Of a DNA stretch of 64,000 bases, positions 39,779 to 52,659 are shown one piece after another (the first letter of the stretch is position 1; the number at the start of each line of letters is the position of its first letter). Source of the stretch: Patellaria atrata CBS 101060 (Eukaryota); the NCBI GenBank assembly GCA_010093705.1, contig MU006092.1, positions 688,623 to 752,622 of the forward strand, given 5' to 3'. Position numbers and translations under genes: made by a program. The notes below the pieces were generated by a model. It was given only the letters and a program-made list of their open reading frames with translations, ran no database searches and was not told where the DNA came from.

Positions 39779-40541
39779 GGGTTAGGTTGATAGAGGGATT
39801 GAGCGCTTCAGGTATATTAAGCTGCTTTCTTGTCAGCTGAGATGGTGCAGAGAGTCACTTCGCTGATAGATTTCTATGCTCCTACTATAGTAGCCTTGAC
39901 CCGTTGTACAATATTTCTCAGACAGCCTCTGGCGAACCTACACAGAATGATAAGACTATACAAATGAATATAACTTTCCTTGCGGCTTTTCTGGATAAGA
40001 AACTCCTTTTTTTTTTTTTAATACACATTTGTCTGTACAATGAATGAAATGTAACCAAGGCTTGCTAAGGGCGACCTAATAGGAGCATGTGTTCTTTAGT
40101 AAGAATGCACTTTTGTATTCACAGATATGATTGTATTTCCTACTAGCAGTCTTTTCCGTACTAGTCTCCCCCCAGGTCAACGTACCCTTCCATCACAAAT
40201 CCCCGAGGACACGGCTTAGACCTTGAAAGTAAAAATGTCGGTACAGCGTACGTTAGGGTACAATCCATAATTGGGGATGTCAAGAAACTAAGAAACATAT
40301 GATTCATCAAACATTAGTACAGTAATCATTGTTCCAGTTGGGGTCACATGACTCCATTCATAAACCTTGGCCCCATTCAGATCTCAATAGCTCGACTGTA
40401 ACTCTTTACCACGTGACAAGGTAATCCTCTCGAACGCTTGGACGCATTTTCGAGATATTTAGAACCTTCTGCCCACCTCTTCTCTCAACAACTCCAACGC
40501 AAAACTCGTATCGAGGCTTTCGATACGGACTCTCAGCAAAA

Positions 40542-41324
40542 ATGGCCAGCATCAGATACCCCAAAGCCCCCAGCATTAATGTAAGCATCACACACTCTCT
40601 CCTGTATATTCAAGCCACTGACAGTGTAAGCTTGGGCACAATCGGACCGGAAATCATCACTATCAAAGTTGGCGAAAAAGAAGTCGTCTTCACGGTCCAC
40701 AAAGACTTTCTGATGTACGCGTCGGGCTGGTTCGTGAACACCCTCACAAAGGGCTTCGCCGAGAGGGATGAAGGTGTGGTACGGACCTGTGGTATGGATC
40801 CAGACTCCTTCCTGATATTCGTGGAATAGCTCTACTACCACTGCAGGCTGGGCGACATGGTTGGTGTAGGGAGCAAGATGGACGAGAAACTGGCGAAGCT
40901 GACGGACCTATACGCCCTCGCCGACTACTTCGACGTCCCCTACTTAGCCAACGCCGTCGTGGACACGATATATCTCCACTACAAGATCTTCGATACCTGC
41001 GTACCGACCCGAGAGATGGTCGTGCACGCGTACAACCGTTCGCCAGAGAATTGTCTGTTCATCCGCTTCTATGCGGATACGAAACGGATGACGGATGAGT
41101 TCGTCGAGGATGATGAGAGCTCCCGCGATCCACTGCCCACGCACTTCTGGGCACGATATGCGCTTGGTCTCGTTCACGGTCGCGACCGTGTCGGATTGCC
41201 CAGGAGTTACCATGTAGAGATGCGTTCGATTCCTGAATGGTGGCTGAATCTGTACAGAAACGGAAGAAGAATTATGAGGAATATCTTGAGAACTAGAGAA
41301 GTGAAGGAAACGGAATGCAAATAG
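40542..41324 (+). pseudogene. BTB/POZ-domain gene interrupted by a single in-frame TAG at the conserved Trp
   Basis: IITIKVGEKEVVFTVHKDFL..SGWF..TLTKGFAE..FLIFVE*LY..LTDLYALADYFDVPYLANAVVD, with the stop at 40827-40829. 5' end uncertain (possible intron 40581-40630). Confidence 0.75.
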
Positions 41325-42216
41325 GTAGAGCATGACAATGATGGATATTGGTGTGACGATGTGTCAGCTTCGAGTAGATGGTTTCATGACCAAAAGTACA
41401 CGGTCGAGTCTAGGCATTGCTTTGGACCTCTTTCATAGCTGGACCTTAATCTTAATATACCTTACTCGTGATCCTAAATAAGTTGCCGTAATGAAATATT
41501 GTACAGTAGATCCAAGAGAAATGAGAAATGGAAGTCGGATTAGAGTTACACTGCACAGTGCACATCGACTCCCCAGCCGAGACCACTAACAACGAAAACG
41601 GAAGAGTGCGAGGCCTTACATATCAAACATCACCTCTTATTTCTTCGAATATACTGTTAAGGTCCATGGGAGAATACAAAAGCTCCTAGACGGTTGTCTA
41701 GCAGGTAGATGTTACTCCCGTAAAATGAACACCATTGGCCTCGTTTGCGGGAGCCTACCGTAGTCTCGACATCTTTGCTTTTTCCAGTACAGCCCAAGTT
41801 GAGTTTTAGCCTCTACTACACTTACATTTTTGCTCTGTACCTAATAGTCAATGTACTAAATCCTTATAGAATACAATTACCCCATACCCCGAGCCGGCTT
41901 CACAAACCCATCTTCCCCACGCCGCCACCTCCACGTTCTGACAGCTCTGCTTACCTACTGCAGTCCACTCACACTAGAATGTAACCAGGCAATAGGGAAC
42001 TAATCCTCTTAGCACAGATGCAAGTTTTGCACCTTGCACACCGAGGGAATCAGCAAGGGATGTTTTTCTATTACGCCACCCGAGCAATCTAGCCGTATAA
42101 GAGCCTGCGTCCATAGCTTACAGTAGAGCGTGCTCTTTTGCAGGCAATTTTAATATCTTTTCATTAGTCTCCTCATATACAATCCCAGTCCCTTTTCTAA
42201 ACCATTTGAACGAAAG

Positions 42217-43266
42217 ATGAACGATCCCAACCCCTCCGATCTCCCCCCACCCTTCCACAACATCCCCGGCCTCTCCAATTTCCGCGATATCGGCGGCTGG
42301 CCCATCGCCACTCCTCCCTCGTTCCTCCAGCCCAAGACCAATAGCACCGATACCGATACCGATTCCAGACCGAACGGCACAACAGCCGCTTCCCCAAGCT
42401 CCAACACCAACCCCGATGCCCTCACCCCCGCTCCACCACCCCAATACCGCGTCCGCCACCACATCCTCCACCGCTCCGCCGACCCGACCCTCCTGCCCCT
42501 CTCCTCCCAAAAAACCCTCTCCTCCGCCCCCTACAACATAAGCACCATCTTCGACATCCGCTCGATCCCGCAGCTCAAGCGCGCCGGCGGGGCCTACGAC
42601 TTCTCCTCGCACGGCATCGAGCGCGTCTGGCTGCCCGTCTTCGGCGAGGAAGAATACACGCCCGAGAAAGCCGGGTTGCGCTACGTGCAGTACTCGGCGG
42701 ACGGGACGGAGGGGATCGTCGGGGCGTTCGAGGAGATCCTGAGGGCGGGCGGTGCGACTTTCGCGCACATCTTGCGTTGGATAGGGGATCTCGATATCCC
42801 GGGCGATGGGGAGGGACAGGCCTCCGCGGGCGCCGAAGTCGACGCCAATGCCGTGGAAGTCGTCGACGGGGAGGGAAAAGACCGAGCCTGCCTCCTCCAA
42901 TGCACAACTGGCAACAACCGCTCCGGCGCCTTCATAGCCGTCCTGCTTTCCCTCCTCGGCGTGTCCCCCTCCCATATCGCACACGAATACTCCCTCTCCG
43001 CGGTAGGGCTGGCGGCAACACGCGCCCAGTCCGTCGAGCGGCTTCTCAAGAACGCGGCTTTCGTCGCCGCTGTGGGCGACCAAGCACCGTATCGCGCGGA
43101 GCGGATGTTGGGCGCGCGGCCGGAGAGCGTGATTGCGATGCTGGAGATGGTGGAGAGGAGGTGGGGCGGTGCGGAGGGGTATGTGAGGGGGGTTTGTGGG
43201 TTGGAGGTATGGGAGGTGGAGAGGGTTAGGAGGGTTATGGTTGAGAAGGTGGAGGGGGATGGGTGA
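42217..43266 (+). CDS. Tyrosine/lipid phosphatase family protein (Y_phosphatase3 / MptpB-like), intronless
   Basis: IPGLSNFRDIGG, LHRSA, TIFDIRS, CX5R loop QCTTGNNRSG, LLGVS..HIAHEYSLS, WGGAEGYV. Confidence 0.85.
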   Translation: MNDPNPSDLPPPFHNIPGLSNFRDIGGWPIATPPSFLQPKTNSTDTDTDSRPNGTTAASPSSNTNPDALTPAPPPQYRVRHHILHRSADPTLLPLSSQKTLSSAPYNISTIFDIRSIPQLKRAGGAYDFSSHGIERVWLPVFGEEEYTPEKAGLRYVQYSADGTEGIVGAFEEILRAGGATFAHILRWIGDLDIPGDGEGQASAGAEVDANAVEVVDGEGKDRACLLQCTTGNNRSGAFIAVLLSLLGVSPSHIAHEYSLSAVGLAATRAQSVERLLKNAAFVAAVGDQAPYRAERMLGARPESVIAMLEMVERRWGGAEGYVRGVCGLEVWEVERVRRVMVEKVEGDG

Positions 43267-43623
43267 GAGGGTGGAGATTCGATGGGGAGGTAAGCTTGTG
43301 TTCTTGAGTGTGAATGTGGAGAAAGGTGGACGGGACGGATAAACAGGGTTCGGCGATTGTATGGTTTTATTCATGGGGTTTAGAGGGAACCCCCCGCCAA
43401 AAGTTGGGAGGGTGATTTGTTGCTATGTTAAGGAAGCGTTGTGTCTCTGTAAATCCGTTTTATTATATCTACAGTTGTACTATGTGTATGCATTAAGAGG
43501 AGGAGCTCAAGCTCATGAAAACGTCGTCGATAATCCTCGTACGATCATGTATTACTATGTTATCAAAAATTGCCTATAAGGGTAGAGGTCCGTTGAATTG
43601 TAATTGTCCTAAGTATCGACTGT

Positions 43624-45466
43624 TCAAGTCCTGGATGTCTTTGGCTGGACAACTTGCTCGTCGACCTCTCCATGTTCGTCACTTGCGCGTTCCGCGTCGT
43701 GACGATCTCTGACATTTCCACCGAATAAGACATCCATATCTTCGAGGGGACGTCTCTTAGTTTCTGGATAAAAGAAAAGGATGATCTATGACAACTTTAG
43801 TAAGGGTATCATGCATGTTTGTATCGGTAAGGGACTTACGACAAAGGTAACGACATTGAAGCAGAAGAAGATGAGGTATGTCTTCGATCCGATGTTGTCC
43901 ATGCCGACCGGCCACGTCTGAGATGCGATGATTGAACCGATAGCACCACCAGATGCAGCAATATTGAGCCCACGAGCACGGAAGTTGGTGGGGAAGATCT
44001 CAGCCCCATAGACCCACGGAGCAGGACCAAGACTGACTGAATACCCGAAGGTATAGAAGAAGATAAAGATAATGCAAGTCCAATCAGCAGCCGCGTTAAC
44101 GTTGTCAGGGTACGCGAGAGGGAGCACTCCGTTTAGCTATAGGTATAGTACATTAGTCACTATTAGTGTTTCGGAGATTGGTTGAACTTACAAGTAAAGC
44201 GAGGATCATCAACATGATGCCACCAAGAAGTGTTAATCTTCTTCCGAACTTGTCAATGAGTAGCATATCAATGATTGTGCATCCGATCTTCAATGTCGTC
44301 TCGATACCACCGATCATGAGGGAGATTTTATGAGACAAACCAAGCGACATAAAGATGGTAGGAAGGTAGTATTTCATAGCGGTGTTGCCACACATTTGAG
44401 CCATGAAGTGCAACAAAGCAGTACGCCAAAGACGATTGAACATCGGGCGGTTTGTGAAGAGTACTGTGATTGATTGTGAGGTAGCAACTCTGTGCGCCTC
44501 GGTGTCCACAATAATTTCGTCAATCTCGTTTTTCACGAGGGGTCCATTGTCTGCTCTGATGAGCTCAAGGGATGCTCGAGCTTCTTCAATACGTCCTTTC
44601 TGGATGAGCCATCGTGGCCTGCAGATGGTTAGTTTCTCAGGCGTCTTAACATCAGAGGCAAATACATACGTCTCAGGGCAAAACGGAAGCCCAACAAGGA
44701 ATATAACAGCCGGGATATATTGTACACAAACCGCAACTCTCCAGCCAACGGAGTTGCCGCGGGGAGTTTCCCAATGGCTCATGCCATATCCAACCCTGCA
44801 ATGTCGAATGTTAGCTTCAAATCAGTTAAAATTGCATGTATACTTACCAAAATGCACCGGCGAGACCAGCAATCATACCAACATGGTTTAAGACTACAAA
44901 TCGACCCCGATGTTTCGCAGGAGAAATTTCACTGTTCCGGTCAGTTCGAGATTGGTTGGTTGAGGCCTCCGTTTAGACTGACCTTTGGTACATCGGTACT
45001 GACGATGAGACAACCGCAAGCCCGAGACCACAGATAATACGACCAATAATCATCATTGCCAAAGCTCCCGGTGCTTTTGCTCCAGCCTGCAAAGCAGCAC
45101 CGATACATGTGACGAATACACCAGCGCCAGCCGCATACCGTCTTCCTAGACGGTCGATTGTAGGGTGGGCTATGAAGTTGTAACTGGTCCATGTTCCGAG
45201 ATAGTAGATAGCTGTGATTAATCCCTTTTTGGAGGCAGAGGGTTGGTTCAGTTCGGCTTTGAAGCCAGGGTGGACATAGATGATAGCCATGATGCCAATA
45301 TTGTATCTATTGGGATTGATCAGTAAGTTCCAATCTTCTTTCACTGATATCGCGGGCTAACATACCCCCATACTAAAGCGGCCAAAGCAAAGAACATGCA
45401 TATCCCAGTTAACCTTAGGGTTCCCCGGGAAGGGAGAAGGCCCTTAGTGACAAGTTGCTGCCCCAT
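43624..45466 (-). CDS. MFS sugar porter family transporter (multi-exon)
   Basis: IDRLGRR, GRIICGLG, GWRVAVCVQYIP, PET.RWL, AQMCGNTAMKYY, IDKFGRR, WVYGAEIFPTNFRARG, FYPETKRRPLEDMD. Confidence 0.92.
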
Positions 45467-48400
45467 GATTTGGTATAACAAAACCAAGTCTGCGATAAAG
45501 GATAGGATTAAAAGAATCCAGAGATATGTCCTCTGGTCAACAACTATGTGCAAGTCGGAAGAGGGGATAAGGGCATCTTTTAACGTTGATAGAATCCATG
45601 CAAAAGAAACTTCATCCACGCTCTCACGCGGACGACACGCATGGGAAGCAGATATGCTGGCTTTTCCATGGCTACAACGTTAGTGTGCCTAGTGAACGGC
45701 GTTCAAGACCGTTTCCGACCTATTATCTGGGGATTCAAGCACTGGGGCTGCAGCCCGACAGTTTGGGTCCCGCCTCCCAAGATGGTCTGGCCTCTAGGAT
45801 CAAATGCGCCGGAGGTCAATTTTGGGGAAGACCTTGGGACGATCCGCTGCTTCGAAGCCGGATATCTAAGAGTATGGGTGTTAGTGAGGGTGTGAGCGGT
45901 GATGAAGATACATAAAAGGTATGCTTGCTTTTTGCTTGTTTTGACTAAAAACTCGTAGCTCATTGCTACCCCTACAACACCCCGCTCGAAGCTGAATGGT
46001 CTTTCAGGAAAAAAAAAAGACGGGATTTGAAGCAACATGCATCAAATGCCGATGGGCATTAAAGATATTAGACATGAAAACGGGAATAACGCCGCCATAA
46101 CGAAGTTTCTGACTGGTCTAACTGGGAGTGCCGGTTGAAATATCTAGAACTGGAGAATCAGAAGGCTTTCTTAGCGAGAGGCTTTCCAAAAAGACTCTTC
46201 AACCGGGGAGGGCAAAAGTCACATTTACCCCTCATACATCCATTCAGAAAATATGAGGTGCATGCTCATTTGACCTGCAGCTCTGTAGGGTTGATATGCC
46301 ATCTAATGGAACGGAATGACATACCGTCCGATTCGGATTGGATGCTGCTTTACAGGCTGCAGCGGTGAAATTAGGAATAATAGCCCTAACCTGTCCAGTT
46401 GATATGGTGACTTACCCATAACAAATGCTCAGAGTAACATAAAATAGCAGTCAAAAGGGAGGAGAGTCGGAAAGAACCCGTTTCGTCGGATCGTGTTCCC
46501 TTTAAATGGTGAAAAATTGCTATGTTATAATAGAACAGAAGGAATGCCGTACGGAATCGTTAATGGCTCGCATCTTTAAAAGAGCCCTAAATCAGTTCTC
46601 GCCGGGATTTCGACTTGTCATATTCCACAGTGGTTCCTTTCATGCTGCCACTTAGCACAACGCCCTTGGCTTGAGGTCAGAACTTGCATACAGTATTCGT
46701 TCTAGGTGCTCCATCCCGCTGAGAATCTGAACCAAGAACATCGAAGACGTTGACCAAGAAACCAAGAGCCGCGGAAGGAGTTGTTTTGAAGAGATCATGA
46801 GCTTCCTTGAAGAAAGTCCGTCAGCACCAGCGGCCCAGACATTGGCTTTTCTTGTTCAATACTAGACAATACCTATTCGTGCGGTTAGTTGCCTAGAAAC
46901 CCGCTGTGATCTCCTTTAGACATTGATAACTTCCTTCTCTTTATTGTTAAAGACTGATATCACGATGCTTTCACCACTAGGGGTAATATATTGGCCTTCC
47001 CCTGCAATGACGCCTTAGGTACCTGTACGATTAATTAAGCAGATCTCTATGAATGTACGCATAGCTCACGGACCCGTGGAGTCTCATAAGAGTATAGACA
47101 GGTATCAGATTTTTCAGGTTGTATGTTTTCTTCTGTACTAAGAATAACTGTTAACCGTAAAATAGGTGTGGCCTCTACTACTACATGTATAGAGGGCATG
47201 CCGAGGAGAACTGCGACCGCCGAGCGCCCCTTGACACATTCCTATTGTGTATTGGGAAGCGGGTATAGCAAGGATACTCTCCACCTAGTCTGGCCAGTTT
47301 ATAGGAAGAGACCTTTTTCAGTTCTCATTTGCCGGGTGAACGCCACCGTAGCCACACTCGAGACGGGATTTGCCAATACAGAGAAGATCCTGCGACGGAA
47401 TACAATAAAGGACGGAAATCGCGCGGAAGTCATTGTAAATAGAATTGTGAATCTCGATCACGGAAAGACTTGGTTCGGTGTTATATGGACCGGGAACGAA
47501 AGGAAAGATACTCCGAATAAAAAAGAATTTGATAGTATCACTTTCTGATAGGTTAAACTTCTAATTCCCATACTCAACTGCTTTTCAGCAACCACACCGT
47601 GAAGTGCAGTCTTCGCCTTCAGACGCATGACGACGGTAGCAACGGTGGACTTGCAACTTGCAAGTTATTGCTTGGATAGAGACATGGAATACCCCAGCTC
47701 AAACGTCATAAACACGGTCGACATGTGTTCGTGAAGATATAGTATATTGCAAGAACTATGCAGCTCCCACGTTTAAGGAGGAGCCCCTACCCGACTTATG
47801 GCTCCGATATAGTCTGATGTGCAGAAAAGTTCATAAGGTATACTCTGACTGTGACCGAGGGACAGCCCGTGATTGCGTCGAACCTTGCGAGTCCTGGCCT
47901 TTGTATCTTCCTGAATTGAGTTGATAATCTCCAAAGTATTTACAAGACTCGTCGCCTTTTCGAATAGGATACACTATCTTTCGATAGGAATGATTTGATA
48001 ATAGTTTGGATACATCCCCTGAGTAGAAACCTAGAATAAGTGGGCAAGAAGCGTATCCTTCAGGTGCAATGGATGCTACGGTTTCAAGCACGAGCTAGAC
48101 ATATATTTGGTAATAATCTTCAATGAACAAAAAGATATGATTATAAGTTCAAGGCTCTCGAATGGTGCTGATGACTGAAATATAAAAAGCGTTTGCTCTT
48201 GAACCGTATTGTACTAATTTCTCAAGCTCCTCATGACTAAGCAGATGGAGCTTTGACGCGATCGAGGTGTAATTGGGCAGGGTTGAGAGAAATGTCTCTC
48301 AGTGCACAACTGTTCACCAATTCATCACATTAAACCGTCAACGAAGTACCAGTCACGCGTTTGTAGTCACAAATTCACGTATACCGTATTAATAGCTGTG

Positions 48401-48579
48401 CTTCGGTCACGCTTGCCATTTGCCTGACTCACTAGTAAGCTCTTACCTACTTTTCTTTGAACTTTGCTGGAGGACAACCATCTTTTACTTTCTTCGTTTT
48501 CGCAACAAACATGGCTCCGTATAGTGCTAATCGGCGCGATCGCTGTGTTCTTAGGCCTCACCTAAATTACCTTTACGAT

Positions 48580-49668
48580 ATGTCAGACACCGAAACGCCA
48601 AAAGAGGAGGAGCGATATGCGTCAAGGGAGCCAGAAGCAGATGATGAGGTATGATAATCTCGAGGTTCAGTTGGTCTACAGGAGACTATATCTAGCGTGG
48701 GAATATAATGCTAAGATATCTAGGAGGAGATTACTGCCATGAAGAAGCGTGTCCAAGAAATGGAAGCAGAGGCCGCAAAGCTACGCGAGATGCAAGCTTC
48801 GCTCGATCAGCAGACAACAGACCTGCGTGAAAGTAAAGAGGACATTGATAATCGCAGCATTTTCGTCGGAAATGTGGATTATAGTGCGTCACCAGAGGAG
48901 ATTCAGGCACACTTCCAAAGTTGCGGCTCCATTAACCGCGTCACGATCCTGCTGGACAAGTTTACAGGTCATCCAAAGGGGTTAGTAAAATTCAGTACTG
49001 GCAAGAGCTGGAACTTTCCTTGAATATCAAACTCATCCTTTCAAAAGTCAAAAGTTACATTTTTTTTAAAAGAAAAAAGTCAAGAATACAGTTCTCTCTT
49101 CAGCATACATGTTGTACAAAGAAGTTGTATGACTGAGAGGGCCGTATTAATGTCAGACATTTTGTCTGACACATCCGTTCTCTAGACCCCTCCGGCTCTA
49201 TCTCTATGTTTAAGATATCTTCCGCTACCTGGCAAGATTTCAAGAGATGGAACCAAAACGCTAATTGGGCGTATGCAGGTATGCGTATGTGGAGTTTACG
49301 GAGCCTAGCCTTGTTGCTAATGCTCTTGTTTTGAATGAGAGCGTGTTCCGTGGAAGGAACTTGAAGGTAAGATTTCCTCCCAATGAAAACATCACCCTAG
49401 CTAACTATCATCTAGGTTGTTCCTAAGCGTACAAACCTTCCCGGCATTTCGCGTGGTCGTGGTGGACGCGGTGGACCTCCCCCTCCTCGCGGTGGCCGTG
49501 GAGGAGGTTTCTATGGCGGCCGCGGTGGTTACGGACCGCCCCCTTATCCTCCACGAGGCGGGTATGCACACCAAACATAACTCATGCTTTCCCCATCATT
49601 AGAGCTAATGTCTCGCAAGATATCGTGGCGGCTACCGTGGCCGGGGACGCGGCTATGCTCCCTATTAG
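48580..49668 (+). CDS. PAB2: Nuclear poly(A)-binding protein 2 (PABPN1 orthologue), multi-exon
   Basis: Acidic/coiled-coil N-terminus, [13 protein letters not shown]...[26 protein letters not shown]-rich tail ending GYAPY*. Confidence 0.93.
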
Positions 49669-50296
49669 ACGCCCTTCTACCTCTTCTAATATGAGCTAGA
49701 GATATCTGAATCACGGGATCTCTCAATCGACATCGAAACATTGCGCTAGGTAACGCAGAGCAACAACTAAAAAGCAAAAATGAATATAGGTGCAGGGAGA
49801 ATTTATCTTGTATAACAGAATAACTGGCTGGGATTTTAGAACGGTCTGGACTTGAATCTTTCGGGTAGCCGTTCTGTCGGCGGGATATATTACATTCAGT
49901 GCGGTGGGATAACATTCCATTCAATATAGCGATATCATCTCAGCGGTAATCGACCGAAAAAAAAAATTAACTTCATGAACCTTATATTGATTTTGCAATT
50001 CTACAAAGCGAGAATCGAGATAGATATCAGGGTCTCCGCTGTCATGAAAGAGTCGACACGTGCGTTGATTCTAGAACCCGACGAAGTAATAAGGCTTGGG
50101 GTTCCGCACTCCAGCGCGCCGCAAAACGCCATGCAAATCATGCCTTGCCTTGCCGTTATAATGAGATGAAACCCTCAAAGATACAACCATCCCTCTTTCC
50201 ACCAGATTTTTCTAACCCCACACCGCTTCCGATCTAATATTGCCTGGGCCCATCGGCACCACCCTCACCTACCTCCATATTCCCTGCTCACGACAC

Positions 50297-50973
50297 TCAC
50301 GGCGCCGGATTGTCCTTGACAACCTGCCTGACCTTCTTCTCGTACGCGGAACGGTCTTTCTTGAACAAGTTGTACGCGTCTGCCTGCGCAGGGGACTCGG
50401 GGTTCGGCTCATCGAGGAGGGATTGGATGCCCAGGAGGATTTCCTTGAGGGTGATGGCGGGCTTCCAGCCTTCTTCTTCGTTGAGGATCGAGAGGCAGAC
50501 CGTGCCGGAGGGATAGACGTTCGGGTGGAAGAGGGGCGGAACGAACTTGCCTACGAAGTGTTAGAGAGGATTGGGGAATTGGGAGGGAGGGCTAACATTT
50601 GGGCGGCTTGGTGGGGTATTCTAGGACGTGTTAGTGGTTATTCGGATACTTTATTTGAGTCTGTTTGAGGGTCTATAGATGGATGAAGAGAGGATGGAGG
50701 TGGGATTTAAGGATATTACCGTCTGGAAACATGACTTCTAGCTTGAATAGACCACCGTGCCAGAGCGTCTTCTCTTTGCCTGGAATACCGCATTCCCACT
50801 TCTTCAGGTCGAGAGCACCGGTAGGGCCGCGGACGGGTCGCGCCCAGAAACCGAAGGGGTGATCACGCCGCCATTGCTTCCTGTCCTCTGAAGATTAGAT
50901 AACTACGCGTGAGAAAAGCGGAGAGATCAATGGCATACCGTTCTTCTTGTAACCTATTAAGACACAGCGTCAT
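50297..50973 (-). CDS. UBC9: SUMO-conjugating enzyme Ubc9 (multi-exon)
   Basis: [77 protein letters not shown]. Confidence 0.96.
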
Positions 50974-51375
50974 TATGGAGGGCTAAGATGTCGGAAGACG
51001 CTGAAGGAGGGGTCGAGTTGAGGAGAACTGGAGAAGATACCTGACGCACAGCTTTTGTAAAACCCGTAGGAGTTTTGTCTGTGGTCTTTAAAAGCGAAAG
51101 CAAGGCTGGGTGTTCGGGATCGGATCGGGCAAGCAGCAAGCGTTTGCTAGGGCCAAGTGGACTGCGGCTAACGGGGGAGCAAGGCGCTGCTCGGCCCCTC
51201 CAATTGCCCCTCTCTTACAGGCACCCTTTCGGCCTGTGATGCGCTTGTTGAGGGTTCGGTATATTCAATAAATGGTATAGCGGTCCCAGACAGTTCGAAA
51301 CCATACTGCGCAATTGTCTCTCCTTTCACTTGTAAAAGCTCGCCTGCGCCACCGGGAGTATTCATAAATCTAAGA

Positions 51376-52463
51376 ATGGCCAATCCAAACAAGCAAGAGA
51401 TAGCACCAGATCCGGACGAAGACGATCTTGACGACCTAGATGGTACGACTGACTACTTTAATGATCTTCAACATCCATAAACCACCCTATATAAGCTGAC
51501 AACACTCTATCAAAGACGTCCTCGATGAATTCGCCACCACCAAACTCGACACAAAGCCAACTCCTAGCTCCTCGGGTCCAGGACGACCAGAATCATCCAC
51601 AGCTCCTCCTATCCCTTCAACCGCGCCTGCACCCGAAGATGAGTTCGCGAAGCAATTACAAGCCGGTATGGCCGACCTACTTGGGGAAATGGACAGCAAC
51701 CCAGAAATGCAGAGGCAATTCGAGGAAATGATTAAGCAGATCGAAGGTGCAGCAGCCGAGGCTATGAACGAGGTGCCAGGGGAAGCTGGTGGAAGTGATA
51801 GTACAGCTATTCCTGCTATTGGTCCCATTACAGAATCGGTGAAAGCAGCAGAACCATCTTCGAGTAAGCCCGCGGATGAAGAATCATTCCAGGATGCTAT
51901 AAAGCGCACAATGGAACGTATACAGTCATCAGGGGCGTCAGCATCTGTAGAAGCCGCAGCATCCTCCACAGACGACATACTGGCGCAGATGCTTGCCGAA
52001 ATGGAAAAGGGTGGTTTCGATCCTGCAGGGGGTGGATCTGACGAGGATTTTTCGAAAATGTTGCTAGGCATGATGGAACAGCTGACGAACAAGGAGATCC
52101 TGTACGAACCAATGAAGGAACTGGACGAGAAATTTCCAGTATGGATGGAAAAGAATGAAAGTACGGTCAGTGCTGAAGAGAGGGAGAGGTATCAGACACA
52201 GCAGACTCTAGTAAGGGAAATCGTAGCGAGATTCGAGCGGGCAGGATATAGTGATGGGAATACAGAAGATCGAGAATATATAGTGGAGAGAATGCAAAAG
52301 GTGAGCTCGAAATGCTCCCGAAGACCGGGTTCATATAGCGGGCCTTTGACTGACTTTTCGCTAGATGCAAGCAGCTGGATCGCCACCCCCGGATCTCGTA
52401 GGAGACATGAACGCTGCGCAAGAAGCTATGGGTGATCTGGACGCTGGATGTCCACAACAGTAA
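51376..52463 (+). CDS. PEX19: Peroxin Pex19 (3 exons)
   Basis: PDPDEDDLDDLD.VLDEF, MMEQLTNKEILYEPMKEL, MQ.MQAAGSPPPDLVG, C-terminal CaaX CPQQ*. Confidence 0.95.
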
Positions 52464-52659
52464 TCGTATTTGTACAATGCCATTTACTCGAAGTAGGTTA
52501 AGGTAACGCTCGATCTCATACCATCAATTAAGAAACTCTTCCTTAACGCCCCTCGTTCATGCTCCAAGTTTCCCCAACCAAACCAATATATACTGTGGTA
52601 GACGAAGATGTTTGAGAAAATGCTAGCCGAATATTAGAATAGACGGCGCGATTTTGCTC

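Noticed and set aside
42118..43374. 418-aa antisense ORF over the phosphatase gene
   Set aside because: It mirrors a GC-rich gene with strong codon bias, which suppresses antisense stops. No recognisable motifs.
46100..48200. Possible decayed gene between the sugar transporter and PAB2
   Set aside because: There are short coding-like fragments and one intron-like signal, but no consistent frame or recognisable motif.
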